NCBI RefSeq assembly: GCF_018977255.1 | Contig: NW_024704742.1 | Span: 93,994,001 to 94,058,000 of the forward strand | Origin: Callorhinchus milii | Lineage: Eukaryota | Direction: 5' to 3' | Length of the DNA: 64,000 nucleotides | Part shown: positions 1-12,575 of the stretch, piece by piece | Layout: each line of letters starts with the position of its first letter | Numbering within the stretch: the first letter of the stretch is position 1 | The notes under the pieces: generated by a model | The model's database searches: none | Seen by the model: only the letters and a program-made list of their open reading frames with translations | What the model was told of the DNA's origin: nothing | Translations under genes and position numbers: made by a program

Positions 1-525
1 TTACCTAGGAGTAAGTAGGAACCCGGTTGTTAGTCGATTAGCGGATCGCTTTTCCGGGTGTAATAATTTTTTTAAAAATTGATAATTTTAATCCACGACT
101 GGTTGTGGGACACTGCTGTGCGCAATTGACTTCCGCATTTTTCCCACAAAATACACAAGTCAATTCACTTTACTTTTAGATGTCTCGAAGACGTGATAAG
201 GTGCTATTTAGGAGACCTGTAGCTCAGTGGTTAGAGATGGGTTTGATTCCCGGCAAGTCAAAACTTTGGGCAAGTTTCCTTACTCCACACGTCTGATAAT
301 AATCTCTCAAGAAAAAAAAATAATAATTTAGTCACTCAATCCACAACTGTTTGTGGGACACTACTGTGCATAATTGGCTGCCACGTTTCCACCACAAAAT
401 ATACAGTCAATTCACTTTACAGTATATTCTGTGAAGCTCTTTGAGACGTCTCGAACACATGAAAAGCGCTATATCAAACGCAAGGATTATTTATATTATA
501 TATCAAATGCAAGGGTTATTATTAT
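1..525 (+). mobile_element. Two tandem copies of the young tRNA-derived SINE (1-209 partial; 211-525)
   Basis: Shared body tgtgggacactgctgtgcgcaattggctg and tail ...aaatgcaagg(att)n; A-box tagctcagtgg in the second copy. Confidence 0.85.
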
Positions 526-1880
526 TTCACACACTATATTACCTGAGCCTTCCCTTGTAGCCGGCTGTGAAGACTCATGTTTGCTTTTGGATTTTCTCAG
601 AGTCCAAGCAGTATAACAAAAATCATGTAACATGTGAAACTTTTTTATTTGGAGGCAGCAACATCTCATTTAAAGGCTCGATGATTTCCGTATGACTGAT
701 GAACAGGATAAGGGAGTACAGTCTTATTGTCTATGCTGGCAAGAAACCTGCAATTTAGGGATGAATAAGTAGGGACTATTTTTATTCTTAAAAGGAATTC
801 TAAGAAACAATCAAAACCATTGAAATGTATGACAGGAAAAAGTAATCACACTTATAAAAAACCCTTTTTTTTAAAAAAAAAGCTGAATCCAGGAGGAAAA
901 GTTTTTACAAAAAGACTTTCCTGTTCCCCAAATGTCAAAAAACTGACGGGTGTTGTGTGAGGAGACAGGAAGAAAATTCCCATGATCTCAATCAAATTTT
1001 ACACAACTGGGAAACAAAATATAAGCTTCTGGTTCAGAATGACAATCTATTGTGGGGCTGGGGGTGTGCTGCATGGTCTGAGTGCCGTTCCTCGATTAGA
1101 CGTTAAATCGAGGTCCTTCAAGTAGATGTTAAACATCCCAGGACACTATTTAAAAAGAGAAGGACATTGCTCCTGATGTCCTGGTTACCAGTTCACCAGA
1201 TAAAATTAGTCATTCACTTCATCGCTGATTTTATAACAGGAGGTCAGAGCCAGGCAAGCGGAGGCAGCGGGTAGTGGAGTGGTGAGAAAGCATGTCAGAA
1301 AGGTAAGGAGGTGCCAGGGAGTGAAGCGTCTTTTAGAGGAAAGTAGAGGAAGGTAGAGGAAAGTCTTTTTCTCCTGGGTTCAGCTTTTAATTTTTTTTAA
1401 AAAGTGGCGTTTGTAAGTGTGATCATGTTTGCCTGAATTCAGATCCTGAAGTCCAATCTAAGTGCAGTGTGTGATAGATTTTAATTGGAAACAGAAAGTG
1501 GCTGAAGAGGTTTGGGCACCACAAGTAAAACTCTCCTTTTTGTTCTGTTGAACATGGGTCAAATAAATGTGTTTTGAAGGGTTGCGTAACCTAAGATAAG
1601 GCAGCCCCCCACCCCCAGTGTGTGATGGTACCACATCATTTGATTCACCTTAACATGGACTACTCATGAGACTTTCGTGTTTATATAGAAACCTTATAAA
1701 GCCCCTTAGTTTGTAAAATCCTCCCTCTTGATGACACACTTTCTGTACGACTCCCAGAAGCCAGTTGTAATAAAGAGTGTAATAAAATATGAACATAAGA
1801 ATATTTTATTGCGAACTATGAACAAACCAGCTGCATACAGACCTCATTAAAAGGACCAAATGGCATTGAATTTACATTTA

Positions 1881-2180
1881 TAATAATAATCCTTGCATTT
1901 GATATAGCGCTTTTCATGTCGGGAGGACGTCCCAAAGCGCTTCACACAACACACTGTAAAGTGAATTGACTGTATATTTGTGGGCGAACGCGGCAGCCAA
2001 TGTCCCACAAACAGTTGTAGATTGAAAATGACCAATTTATTATTGTTTTTGGTTTTGGAAGGATTATTATTAGGTGTGTGGAGTAAGGAAACTTGCCCAA
2101 GGTTTCGCCCTCTGCCTGGAATTGAACTCAGGTCTCTCACTTGCAAAGTGAGTGCTCTAACCATTGAGCTACAGGACTCC
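1881..2180 (-). mobile_element. Young tRNA(Ala)-headed SINE, short variant, full length
   Basis: Reverse complement has the GGAGTCCTGTAGCTC head, A/B boxes, Deu-like 3' body, L2-type tail and (TTA)n end. Confidence 0.9.
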
Positions 2181-3169
2181 ACATGATACATCAAGCAAAG
2201 CGTTATGTAACCTCATTTAAATTTGATGGGGAAAATGACTTAAGAAAATAGACAACAGAAGAAAGAGATTCAGTTAGACTTCATAAAATATAGTCATCTG
2301 ACATTATGCAGCATCTATAAACCCATGTGGATACTGCAATTCTGGTTTCCAGAACAGTCCAACTGTAGGTTCGAAAGTGAAGTGCTAACATAGATATTTT
2401 GACCAATCGACAGGTATTCCAAATAGTGAAAGTTTAAAAAGCATTTTTTAGTTGTTTGTTTCATATCAGTAATGATTAATAATAATCAATCCTTGCATTT
2501 GATAAAGCACTTTTCACATCGGGAGGATGTCTCAAAAAACTTCAAGTGCTTTACAGGAAAGTATAATGACTGTATATTTTGTATTACACAGTCCCTAATA
2601 CAGCTTCTTGTTGTCTATTTTTTATTTTAAAATGCACAGAAAAAGTTTGCAGTAACTGCACTAATCAATCTATCAAGACTTCTGATCAGTCTCTCTCCTC
2701 TGTACAAGAGACCTAACTAGTCAGGTTCAATTACCAAAAAGCAATGTCTTTGACTCAGTTTAAAGGCCGATGAATTGAATTATCGTTGTTTAAAACACGC
2801 ATGGCTTTTTAATCATGATTTGGTAAAACTCGTTTTTCAATACATTTTCTCCAAGGTTTGCATTCAAAGTAAGTTTAGCGTCATTGTGATAACAAGGAAA
2901 TCAGCTGTGTTAATTCCTCGCTGGAATTATTGAGGAAGACTGAGTCTTATTTTTTTGTAGTTATAGGAAGGAAAATAGATTAAGAAGGAGAAATATTTAG
3001 ATTTTGACTTCTCAGTTGCACTTCAGACTCTATTTTTAAACTTCTCCCATGTAGCTTGTTTTGATTTACTTTAGTTCTCCTCACTTTAAATATCTGGATC
3101 GTATTTTCCCAGCCTATCTTTTATTTTCCTCAATGAGAGCATGTTCAGCTCTATGAGCCTCTCTTCAGC

Positions 3170-3423
3170 CCCAGGCTCTGGAACTCTATCCCCCAGTGCC
3201 TTCGCCGCCTCCTCCCTTTCCTCCTTCAAGGCCGGTCTCAAGACCTTTCTCTTTGACTGTGCCTTCAGCTCCTCTCTAGAATCTCTACCCCCTCCTCGCT
3301 CCCTCCCTTCCCTCCCCTCACCCTGACCATTTCCCCCCAATGCTCGGGTCCTGACCTAACTGTACAGCGCCTTGGGACGTCCTCCCGACGTGAAGGCGCT
3401 CTATAAATGCAATCTTGTTGTTC
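3170..3423 (+). mobile_element. L2 LINE 3' end (5'-truncated)
   Basis: Nearly identical to 48475-48734; tail gcgccttgggacgtcctcccgacgtgaaggcgc then (ttg)n. Confidence 0.88.
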
Positions 3424-3479
3424 ATTACAGAGCTCTAATTCCCCAAATCAGCTTTGCTATTCTACTTGAAACACTTCAT

Positions 3480-3680
3480 CAACAACAACAACAATAATCC
3501 TTGCATTTAATATAGTGCTTTTCACGTCTTCTTGACGTCTCAAAGCGCTTCACAGAATAGACTATAAAGTGAATTGACTGTATATTTGTGGCAAAATGCG
3601 GCAGCCAATTGCGCACAGCAATGTCCCACAAACACTCATGCATTGAAGTTACCAATTTATTATTGTTTTTTTTCTTGAGG
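3480..3680 (-). mobile_element. Young SINE, 3' half
   Basis: Same body and tail as the other copies. Confidence 0.85.
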
Positions 3681-6600
3681 GTTTCATATTCCAGTGAATT
3701 CATCCTGCCGATGCATTTACTTCAATACATCTTTGAAGATATGTTGCCCTAAACTGGATACAATATTTCAAATATGGTCTCTCCAGCGATCCATATAAAG
3801 ATAGAATAATTTATTTTGACTTGTAGGCAAATGCCCTCAAAGTTCAATCCAATTGATTTGTTTTGCTAATATCTTAACGTTGCCTGGCAACCTTCAGCAT
3901 ACGATCAATAATCACCTTCAATCATTTGTCTTTTGAACCTTTACCAAATGAAACCTTCATTTTTTTCTATCTGTTTATTGACTGTTTTTCAAATTTGTAC
4001 TACCTTTCATTTATTATATTAAAATCTATTCAGATCATCTTGTATGCTATGTGTCCTTCTGATATATATATATATATTATGTATATGTATGCTAGCATGG
4101 CTTGTTATCATCATAACATTTCTAATGTTGTAATGGTCCATAAATCAAGTGTATTTATGAGAGTGTGATTAGCTGGGGACCCAGATCCCTCTGCTACTTT
4201 GTTAGTGACTGTCCAAGTTCAATGAATTTCCACCTATTGTCACCGTTTGTGTCCTATTGCTGATCTAATTTTCAGTACAATCAGTTAATTTGCCTTTAGT
4301 TTCAACTTTAGTTATTGGTCATTCACTTCAAGGCAATGTCCGTGACATTCATGTGTGTAAATTAGCTTTGGGCCACAAAATATAATCACTACACTTTACA
4401 GTGTATCCTGTGAAGGACTTTGAGATGTGCTCCCAGTATGAAAGGCACTATAACAAATGCAAGGTTTCTAATTATTATTTATCTTCAAATCACAGCTGAA
4501 GATTCCTCTTTGACTGTGCCTTTTCTCCCCAAATCGGCATCAAACTCTGCCATTGTTCTTTGCTCCGAGACGCTACCCCACTACCTCCAAACATTAGTGT
4601 TTTGAGTTTCTTTTAAAATAACAGCAACCTTGATGATATGTACTAAGTGCAGTATCTTGTGTTTCACTTTACGAACATATTGTTTCAACATTGGAAAAAT
4701 TAATAATGTAGTTAATGGACCTATTCTCTCTACAGCGACTCCATTTGCTTCCCAATGCTGTCTTTGTTCTTCTTTGATGGATCAATTTCATTTGTTCAGG
4801 TTTTCCATGTTCATAGGCTTTCAACTGTATTGATGTATTGTACTTAGTGATATTGCTAAGAAGAACAGCAAAGCAATGATGGTTATAATCAATACCAAAT
4901 GTTTGATGCACATGAAAAAAATGAAATTGAAACCATATTAAATCGTGCAGTGTGGTGCAATGTTGTGTCTTTTGTTTGGTACTATAAATATCATCGGTGG
5001 TGATGAATGGGTCCTGAATTTTATAATTCACAAGAATATCCTCTTCCCCTCGCCCCATTCTTGTGACTGATCTTTGTAAGTTGCACCTTATTAAACTCAC
5101 CCTCTCGATCTTTTGCCTTTGGGCTGAAATTTGCAGTGATGATAGGGTTTGTCCAGTGGTATAATCTGACAGTGTTATATTACCATTCCAGCAAATTCAA
5201 AAGCTATATTTGCTTATGCATTTCTAGGCCACTAAATTCTTCCTTTTTTCTTGAACTTGAGCGATGTATTGTCAGAGGAGCTCTTCGTCAGGTGAATGTT
5301 TAACTGATGTTGAAGATCCAGTGACAGTATTTGAAAAGTGAAGGGAGCTTCTCTGGGTGTCAGAACCAACAGTTGTGTAGATTAATTGATCATTGAGCTA
5401 ATGACTGTTTGTAGGTAACTTCCTTGTGCAATGGCTGTTGTATTTGCCTGGGTCGTTTCACTTGACAGTATTTACATGACAAAATCCCGTGGCATTATTT
5501 CAAAAAGACAAGAGAGTTTCTCCCAGTGTCCTGACCCAACAATCCTCCAGATAAAATGTGATAATATGATAAGGTGCTACATCACGTTTCACCTACAACC
5601 ATACAGTCAATTCACTTTACAATATATTCTGTGAAGCGTTTTAATAATATAATAATAATAATAATAATAGATGTCTAGATCTTTGAGATGTCTAGAAGAT
5701 GTGAAAAGTGCTATATCAAATGCAAGGACCCAACAGGCAGCAGTTACCTGTGTGTGCACAGGTGAGGCATTTTTAGATGTAGATAGGAAGGTAATGTATT
5801 GCATGGTAAATTTGCAAACTAACGTGATGCACAAGGAAGATGACTTGACAAAATCCCGTGGCATTGTCTAAAAAGAGAAGAGTTTCTCTCAGTATCCTGA
5901 CCCAACAATCCTCCAGATAAAATTGGTCATTCAAGGAGAAGCGGTTTGTGGGTCATTGCTGCGCTCAAATTGGCTGCTAGGTTTGCCTATAAGTACACAA
6001 ATATACATTACAATAAGTTCTGTGAAGCTCTTTGAGACGTCTAGAAGACGAGAAAAGCGCTATATCAAATGCAAGGATTATTATTGTATGAGTGTTCAAA
6101 AGTAAGCATTCTGTTAATTTTTATTACTATTAGCAGCTGTTTAAGGAAAGGGGTTTGTGGAGTTTTGTCAAAGATCGTATAAAATTCTAAGTTCTTTCTT
6201 TCTAATGAATCTTATGAATGCATATTAAATATTTAGTTGTGTAAGCTATAATGTGTCAAGTATTGTACTTCATCTTCAGGTATTATCGTAATCTTTTCTG
6301 CAATGGTTTGTCCCTGCATTTATGTATCTTTTGCGATCACCATAAACAGTTCAAATCTTAGCTACACAGTAATCTGCAAATCTGGATTAACAAGTGCAGT
6401 CAGTTACAGCTCAATTTCAAAGACTGTCTTAATTTAACACAACTGAACGGAGGAGACTGTTTGAGACTTGGCCCTTTACAAAATCTTCTCTTGCTGCATC
6501 AGAAAGCAGCTTTTAAATCAATTGGAGTTTTATGTTCTTTCTGTGAATACTCAGGGTATACCAGATGTTTCCAGGACCCACCCGAGCAGTCTTGGCTCCA

Positions 6601-6974
6601 AGTCAGACAGCCAAGGGTGTCTAATTTGATTTTTTTGTGTGTTTCTTCCTTTCCTATGACCCTCCCCTCTAACATATTTTCCAGATATTATCTAGGAGTA
6701 GTTTGAAAGGCTCCCCTATTAATTCTTTTGAACCAAAATGCTAGGAGTGGGCATTCAGTTGGACACACCAATGCCTGTTTTTGCTCTTGTGCAGGTTCCA
6801 GGAACAGCTAATAAACCTGTTTTTCACTGAGTCCAATGCTTTGGAGGCCCCCAAGTTCCTCTCCAGTCAAAGGCATAGCCCTGAACCCTTCAGTTTCTCG
6901 GTAGAGGTAAAGGATATACGAAGTGTACTGAACACTTTGCTAGCATAGGAGTATTTTTGTAGAAGGAAAATGTC

Positions 6975-7184
6975 TGCTCTGGAACACTTTCCCTCAATCC
7001 CTCCGCCTTGCCCCTTCTCTCCCCTATTTCAAGTCCCACCTGAAAACCTTCCTTTTCGACCGTGCTTATGGTCACCTCCACCCTCCCCCACCCCAGCTCG
7101 GAGTCAGGCTCTGCCACTGTTGAGCGCTCTTGAGATTCTGCTCTGCATGGAGGGTGCTATATAAGTGCAAGTTGTTGTTGTTGA
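6975..7184 (+). mobile_element. L2 LINE 3' end (second subfamily)
   Basis: ctctggaac...ctgaaaaccttccttttcgaccgtgc...aagttgttgttg; similar to 18868-19073 and 58770-59040. Confidence 0.8.
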
Positions 7185-7692
7185 CTGAGAAATGAACTTG
7201 GGAATTATAGACCTACTAGCTTAACATGTGTAATGACTACATATTGGAGCCTAATATAAGGGAAGCAAGTAAGACTCTTAAGGTGAAAATGTCTGTTACT
7301 GCTGCTCGGAAAGCAGTAGTAAAGGGCTTGTGCGTACATTACAGTGAAGATTTAGCATCTAGCATGACTTAGTGAGTGGAGTGGAACTCTGCCCACACAC
7401 AGTGGATGCTCTTCACTGTAGGAGTTACTGGTAAAATAGAAGCTAATCGTAAAGTACCTCAATTATGGGTCTCCATTAACTGAACTGAACCATCATTGAC
7501 TGTATCCTAGCAGATGAAAAATGCAACATACTGTAAAACTTGACATGCAACAAATTAGTGTGATTCATTTCTATATTCTGTGCATTTTAGGTGGCTTTTA
7601 TATTTTTGCGAACTTGTTTTTCATACACAAGTAGAACATGTTTGTTTTTAAACTTTGTTTCTGTAACTTTTCTTTTTCAAATTTAAAAAAAG

Positions 7693-7797
7693 ATCTTACT
7701 GCGGAGCCTGACTGACGTTGATGATGATGGAGTGAGAAGCTTTATCCAGACCTTACATTACCCTGAGAAGGAATACCATTCTAAACTGCTGAGAAAT
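7693..7797 (+). CDS. FANCC: FANCC exon (human exon 5 equivalent), ILLRSLTDVDDDGVRSFIQTLHYPEKEYHSKLLRN
   Basis: AG at 7691-7692 and GTAAGT at 7798; 105 nt, phase 0/0. Resembles human ...[23 protein letters not shown] (recalled). The acceptor is atypically A-rich. Confidence 0.88.
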
Positions 7798-8479
7798 GTA
7801 AGTAACTTGATGGAATGTGCCTGTTTACTGCTAATGTGAGCTTTCAAATTGGAGTCAAATGCGATATTCAGAAACCAGATTTATTAAATTCCAACAGGCA
7901 GCAGTTACCTCTGTCTGCACAGGTGAGGAGTTTTTCGTTGTAGATAGGACAGGGTTGAAGGTAATGCATTGCATGGTAAATTTTGCAAATTAACGTGATC
8001 GACAAGGAACATCTGCGTGACGGCTGTCCCTTCAAGACATTTATTTGGCTGTGATCTTCTCCTTCCCAGTTAGTGTTGCCATCTGAACTCCTTATTTAAT
8101 GCTGACAGTTGCTTGCATGTCTCTCCCACGAACAATCAAGATAGCATTGATAACACTGGATCACAGATGTTATACTTTTGCACATTGGTTTGTAAATCTA
8201 AAGAGTTCGACACAGATATCTAACTAATGGGTGAGAATGCCATTGATAGTAGTTCCTGTTGAGCACCTTATCCTGATCCAGCAATGAGCTCTGCTATCAA
8301 ATGTAATTGTTCTTGTAATAATTCTGTTTTAATAAAATAATAAATAATTTCTGCATTTGATATACGGCTTATAAAACCAAAATGTGTCAAAGGGCTTCAC
8401 AGGATATTGCTGTAAAGTGTAGTGACTCTATATATGTGGCAGCCAATTTGCGCACAGTAATGATTTGCGCACAGTAATG

Positions 8480-8880
8480 TCCTACGAAGAGCCATAATAA
8501 TAATAATCCTTGCATTTGGTATAGCACTTCTTATGTTGGGAAGTCCCAAAGTGTTTCACAGGTTTATTATGAAGTGAATTGATTGACTGGGTTTTTGTGG
8601 GCGAACGCAGCAGCCAATTTATGCACAGCAATATCCCACAAACAGCCATCAAATGAATGACCACTTTTATTTGGGGGGTTTGTTGGCCAGAAACTCTCTC
8701 CTCTTTTCAAATAGTGCCATGGGATCTTTAAAGTCCACCTGAAAAGGCAGATGGGACCTCGGTTTTAACGTCATATCCGAAGGATGGCAACTCCGACCAT
8801 GCAGCACAGCACCAGCGTGGGGCTTGAACCTACAACCTTCTCACTCAGAAGCGAGAATGCTACCATTGAACCAGGGTGAC
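8480..8880 (-). mobile_element. Older Deu-domain SINE (SacSINE1/AmnSINE1-like)
   Basis: Reverse complement has the aaagatcccatggcactatttgaaaagag core, a tRNA-like head and an L2-type tail. Confidence 0.75.
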
Positions 8881-8943
8881 ACAAGAGGGTCAGAAGTGAA
8901 GGGTTCGAATAGTGTTTAACTGGCTTACGGGACCTCGGGATGG

Positions 8944-9250
8944 TAATAATAATAATAATCCTTGCATTTGATATAGCGCTTTTTACGTCTTCTAGATGTC
9001 TCAAAGCGCTTCACAGAATATTCTGTAAAGTGAATTGACTGTATATTTGTGGGCGAAACACAGCAGCCAATTGCGCACAGCAGTGTCCCACGAACAGTCG
9101 TGGGTTGAAAATGACCAATTTATTTTTGTTGTTGTTTTAGAGGGATTATTATTAGGCGTGTGGAGTGAGGAAACTTGCCCAAGGTTTCGCCCTGCCTGGA
9201 ATTGAACTCGGGTGTTTCGCTTGTAAGGCGAGTGCTCTAACCACTCAGCT
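8944..9250 (-). mobile_element. Young tRNA-derived SINE, short variant
   Basis: Near full-length match to the family. Confidence 0.9.
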
Positions 9251-9897
9251 GGTGATGAAAGAGTGCTACCAACTGAGCAAGGCTGACAATAATAATAAAA
9301 GTATTGAGTACTAAGGAAAGCTATTGCCTTCAATGTAACTTTCCTTAACTGAGGTGGTCGGGGAGAGGAAGAGGGTGGGGGAGATTGTAGGACATTGTGG
9401 CAGACGATACCACATATAGTTGATGCTTTAAATATCCAAGTAACACATCACAGGACTCCTTGTCACCTCAGGAAAATAGAATTGAGATGTGACACTCATT
9501 GAGCAGTCTAATTTACCCACTCATCAGTTCATCATTTCATCTTAAGTTTCAAAGTTGCTAAATTACTACTTGGCTCAGGTCACAGTCCCTTCATTCTGCC
9601 CAGCACCTCGTGGGCTAATACAAGTTCATTTTTAAACGGTGTGCATTTCAAAAAGGACCTTTTGTATTGCTTTTGACAGGACAAGGGATTTCAGAAAATA
9701 GCTCAAATAATCCCCTCTCATGGAGCTTCAATTTCTGGAATTCAGACTGCAGTTAGCATATTGGAGAGCTAACTGCATCACCCTGTACTATCAGCTTGCA
9801 GAGGATGGTCTCTTTAGGAAGGTCAGGATCAGTTTACAAGGACAGTAGACACTACAAACAGATGTCCTTGAGCAAGATTTAAATGGATACCATAGTG

Positions 9898-10028
9898 CAG
9901 CGTGGTCCAACTAGCGGCCATGGGCCACATCCGCCCCCCAGCCCCACAAAAATATTGTTCATGCGGCCCACGGACGTTTCTCAAATAGGGTATCCGGCTT
10001 TCAGCAGCCAAAAGGTTGGACCACCCTT
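9898..10028. mobile_element. hAT-like MITE
   Basis: Terminal inverted repeats CAGCGTGGTCCAAC / GTTGGACCACCCTT and internal GCGGCC motifs; TSD not clearly preserved. Confidence 0.55.
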
Positions 10029-10424
10029 CTTAGCAGAGCAGCCACTTGGAGTAATTTTGGGCTTTAACTCTGAGCACTGCTGCTGATCCTTCTGGTGAGA
10101 AAGATGAACAGTTTGGCAAAGCCTATCTTGAGCTTAGGGTGGACTGTTGTGGGAGCTGAAATGCCGAGTTTAATGAAGAGCAAAGTTAGATTACACAGTC
10201 TTTGAAGTAAAGCGGTCCTAATGCTTTGAAGGACCCATTTTATGTGACAAGTATATGTTATGGTTGGAGGGTAGGGTGGGGGGGTGGTTGAGAGGATGAG
10301 TGAGAGGATTTCTATCCAACTGTTTCCTACTGTTATTTTCAGTTGATCTTACAATTGCTGATAGTTTGAATTGATCATACAGATCAATTGAATCTATCGG
10401 CAAATAGTTCTGTGGTTGTCCCTC

Positions 10425-10680
10425 GTCCCCTGCACTCCACCATTGGCGTCCGTGCTTTCAGCCACTGCAGCCCGAACCTTTGGAACTCTCTCCCCCCAAC
10501 TCCTCCATCTTGCCTCCTCCTTCCCCTCTTTTAGATCATGACTGAAGACCTTCCTCCTCAACTGTGCTTAGAGCCACATCCTTTCACCCCCGGCTCGGCA
10601 TCAGGCTCCACCCTGTTAAACACTCCGAGACGCCGCACCGTACAAAGTACACTATATAAATGCAGGTCGTTGTAGTTGCA
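10425..10680 (+). mobile_element. L2 LINE 3' end, diverged
   Basis: ccaccattggcg.ccgtgctttcagcc...tggaactc...ctgaagaccttcctc...tataaatgcagg. Confidence 0.75.
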
Positions 10681-11268
10681 GTTCTGCCAGGTGATGACAA
10701 ATCCAATGTATTCATTATGTAAGTCTTGTTGTAAAAAGCCTGGACCCAGGAGGATCATTTTGGGGGCAAAGGGGGAAAAAATTTATAAATGATATTAATT
10801 ATCCAGTTTCTTCTCTTTATCACCGTTTCTGCCCTTTCTCTCCACAACACCTTGAAGTCAAGCTTATTCAAGCTTTTGTTCCCTTTTGCAGGTCTCTTTT
10901 GGACACAGAGCCAAATAAATGTATATTTGGCTCAACTAGCAGCAACCACTGTGTTCAGAATGAAATAACAATTTTTTTTGAACATAAGAGTCATGCCTTT
11001 GGGATCAGCCAGATAGCCTTTTCCTGTGCTGTATGTTCCTATTCCCAGGCAAAATTCTTTTGAGTGTCTATAAATTTACTGACCTGGGCGGGAGCTAATA
11101 ATATAATTTTTGCCATTATAAGCTGACACCTTTTGAGGTTGGTGAATTCACTGACAATTGAAGAATTGGTCCCTATATGCCTGGAAGCTGATAACCACTT
11201 TGTGAAATTGGATAGTTCAGGTCATGCTCAGTTTTAGTACAAAACGATTCTTCCTGTTGTATTCCCAG

Positions 11269-11333
11269 ATTGTCTCGTCTTTAGTGAAGGAACTTCAACA
11301 CTATCAAAGTGACAGAAACTCCACTTATTTAAG
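11269..11333 (+). CDS. FANCC: FANCC exon (human exon 6 equivalent), IVSSLVKELQHYQSDRNSTYLR
   Basis: ttcccag acceptor and AG|GTAAGT donor; 65 nt, same length and phase 0/2 as human MVLSLASELRENHL... Confidence 0.92.
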
Positions 11334-11899
11334 GTAAGTGACAGGTTTAAGCCTACAGCACATAATGATTTAATTTGCACACTCAAAACAGTGCACATTT
11401 TTTATTCACTCAAGGTAGAAGCATTTTTCTTGAGCACTGTAGTGTTCAGCGCCAGTTGCAGATCTTAAACATAGGAACCTATCTTCAAAGACAAGTTGAT
11501 TAAAAAAAAAAGCTTTTAGCCATCAAAACAAGTATTGGATAGCATTATATGAATGGAAATGTATGATATATTTTGGTTGGAAAAAGTGGTGTCATTTTAT
11601 TCCAATAAAATTAAGTATTTCATTACTAAAAAAAAGATACATTCTCCATTTTATTTTCCTTTCAGTTACATTGCCAAGTATCATTCCCCAGATAAGTGGT
11701 AGGATATATGCCTCCTACCCGAGGCTTCTGGTAATGTAGTTAAGTAACTGGATGTAATGAGATAGATGCATTGAAGCAGCTGAACTTAAAATCGTATTGT
11801 AAAACTTGCTTTATCATCTGGTACAATTTACAACAAGTGTAAAAAGAAATTAATATCTTGGGGGAATTTATTTTTGCCTGGTAAAACTAATTTGAATCA

Positions 11900-12230
11900 C
11901 TTAACATAAGGCCATAAGAAATGCTAGACGAAAAAAGACCAAGATCCATTGAGTTTGCCTTCCACCTTCCTGGCAATCGCATGCACAGATGTCCCAAACT
12001 GCATATGTACTATATCCCACAATGTTACTTTCTAAAAGAAAACTATCTAATAATCTGTGTTTGAAAGAATCAACACTTCCTCCTTCAACCATCTCCCAGG
12101 GAGCCTATTCCACAGGTTCACTATTCACTCACTGAAATAGTGTTTGCGTAGATTTGTTCTGAAATTACCCCCCTTCAATTGCAGGCCACGTCCCCTGGTT
12201 TTACTATTCTGGACAAGTTGAAACATTTTT
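11900..12230 (-). mobile_element. CR1-like LINE 3' end
   Basis: Minus frame VNLWNRL..MVEGGSVDSFKHRLLDSFL is a typical CR1 ORF2 C-terminus; related copy at 47165-47360. Confidence 0.7.
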
Positions 12231-12345
12231 TGCTCCTTGAACATTTAGTGGGTGAAACATCACTTTTGATACACTTACTCTCACATAGCATGCTAGAAAT
12301 TTAATTCAAGGTACTTTTTATTTGACTCATCTTTGAAAATATAGT

Positions 12346-12575
12346 AAAGAAAAACAGAAGTCGCTGGGAACACTCAGCAGGTCAGGCAGCAACTATAGAG
12401 AAAGGAAAGTGAGTCAACGTTTTGGGTTCATGACACTTCATCAGAACTGGGGCGGGGAGAGGGAGAGGCTTTTAAGGACTAACAGAGAGAGGGAAGGCTG
12501 CCTGACCTGCTGAGTGTTCCCAGCGACTTCTGTTTTTGTTTCAGAATTTCAGCATCAGCAATATTTTGTGTTTTG
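12346..12575. mobile_element. Palindromic Penelope-like terminal-repeat element with decayed hammerhead core
   Basis: Perfect 41-bp inverted repeat 12350-12390/12497-12537; 14-bp flanking duplication tttgaa(a/g)atatagt at 12332-12345 and 12576-12589. Confidence 0.7.

Noticed and set aside
374..616. Recurrent short ORFs ending ...[11 protein letters not shown] or ...[10 protein letters not shown]
   Set aside because: Chance translations of the non-coding SINE tail.
4669..5100. 143-aa minus-strand ORF
   Set aside because: Non-ATG start, no recognisable domain and no splice support in AT-rich intron sequence.
6507..6601. Possible FANCC exon 4 equivalent (95 nt, ...LCSFC...QSWLQ|gtcaga)
   Set aside because: Length and phase fit, but it lacks the WCL and EPQ residues, the AG is shadowed by another AG 4 nt upstream, and the donor is weak. 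The corresponding human intron is long, so the true exon is probably outside the window.
10019..10027. GLI-like site GACCACCCT
   Set aside because: Imperfect match that is simply part of the MITE terminal repeat.
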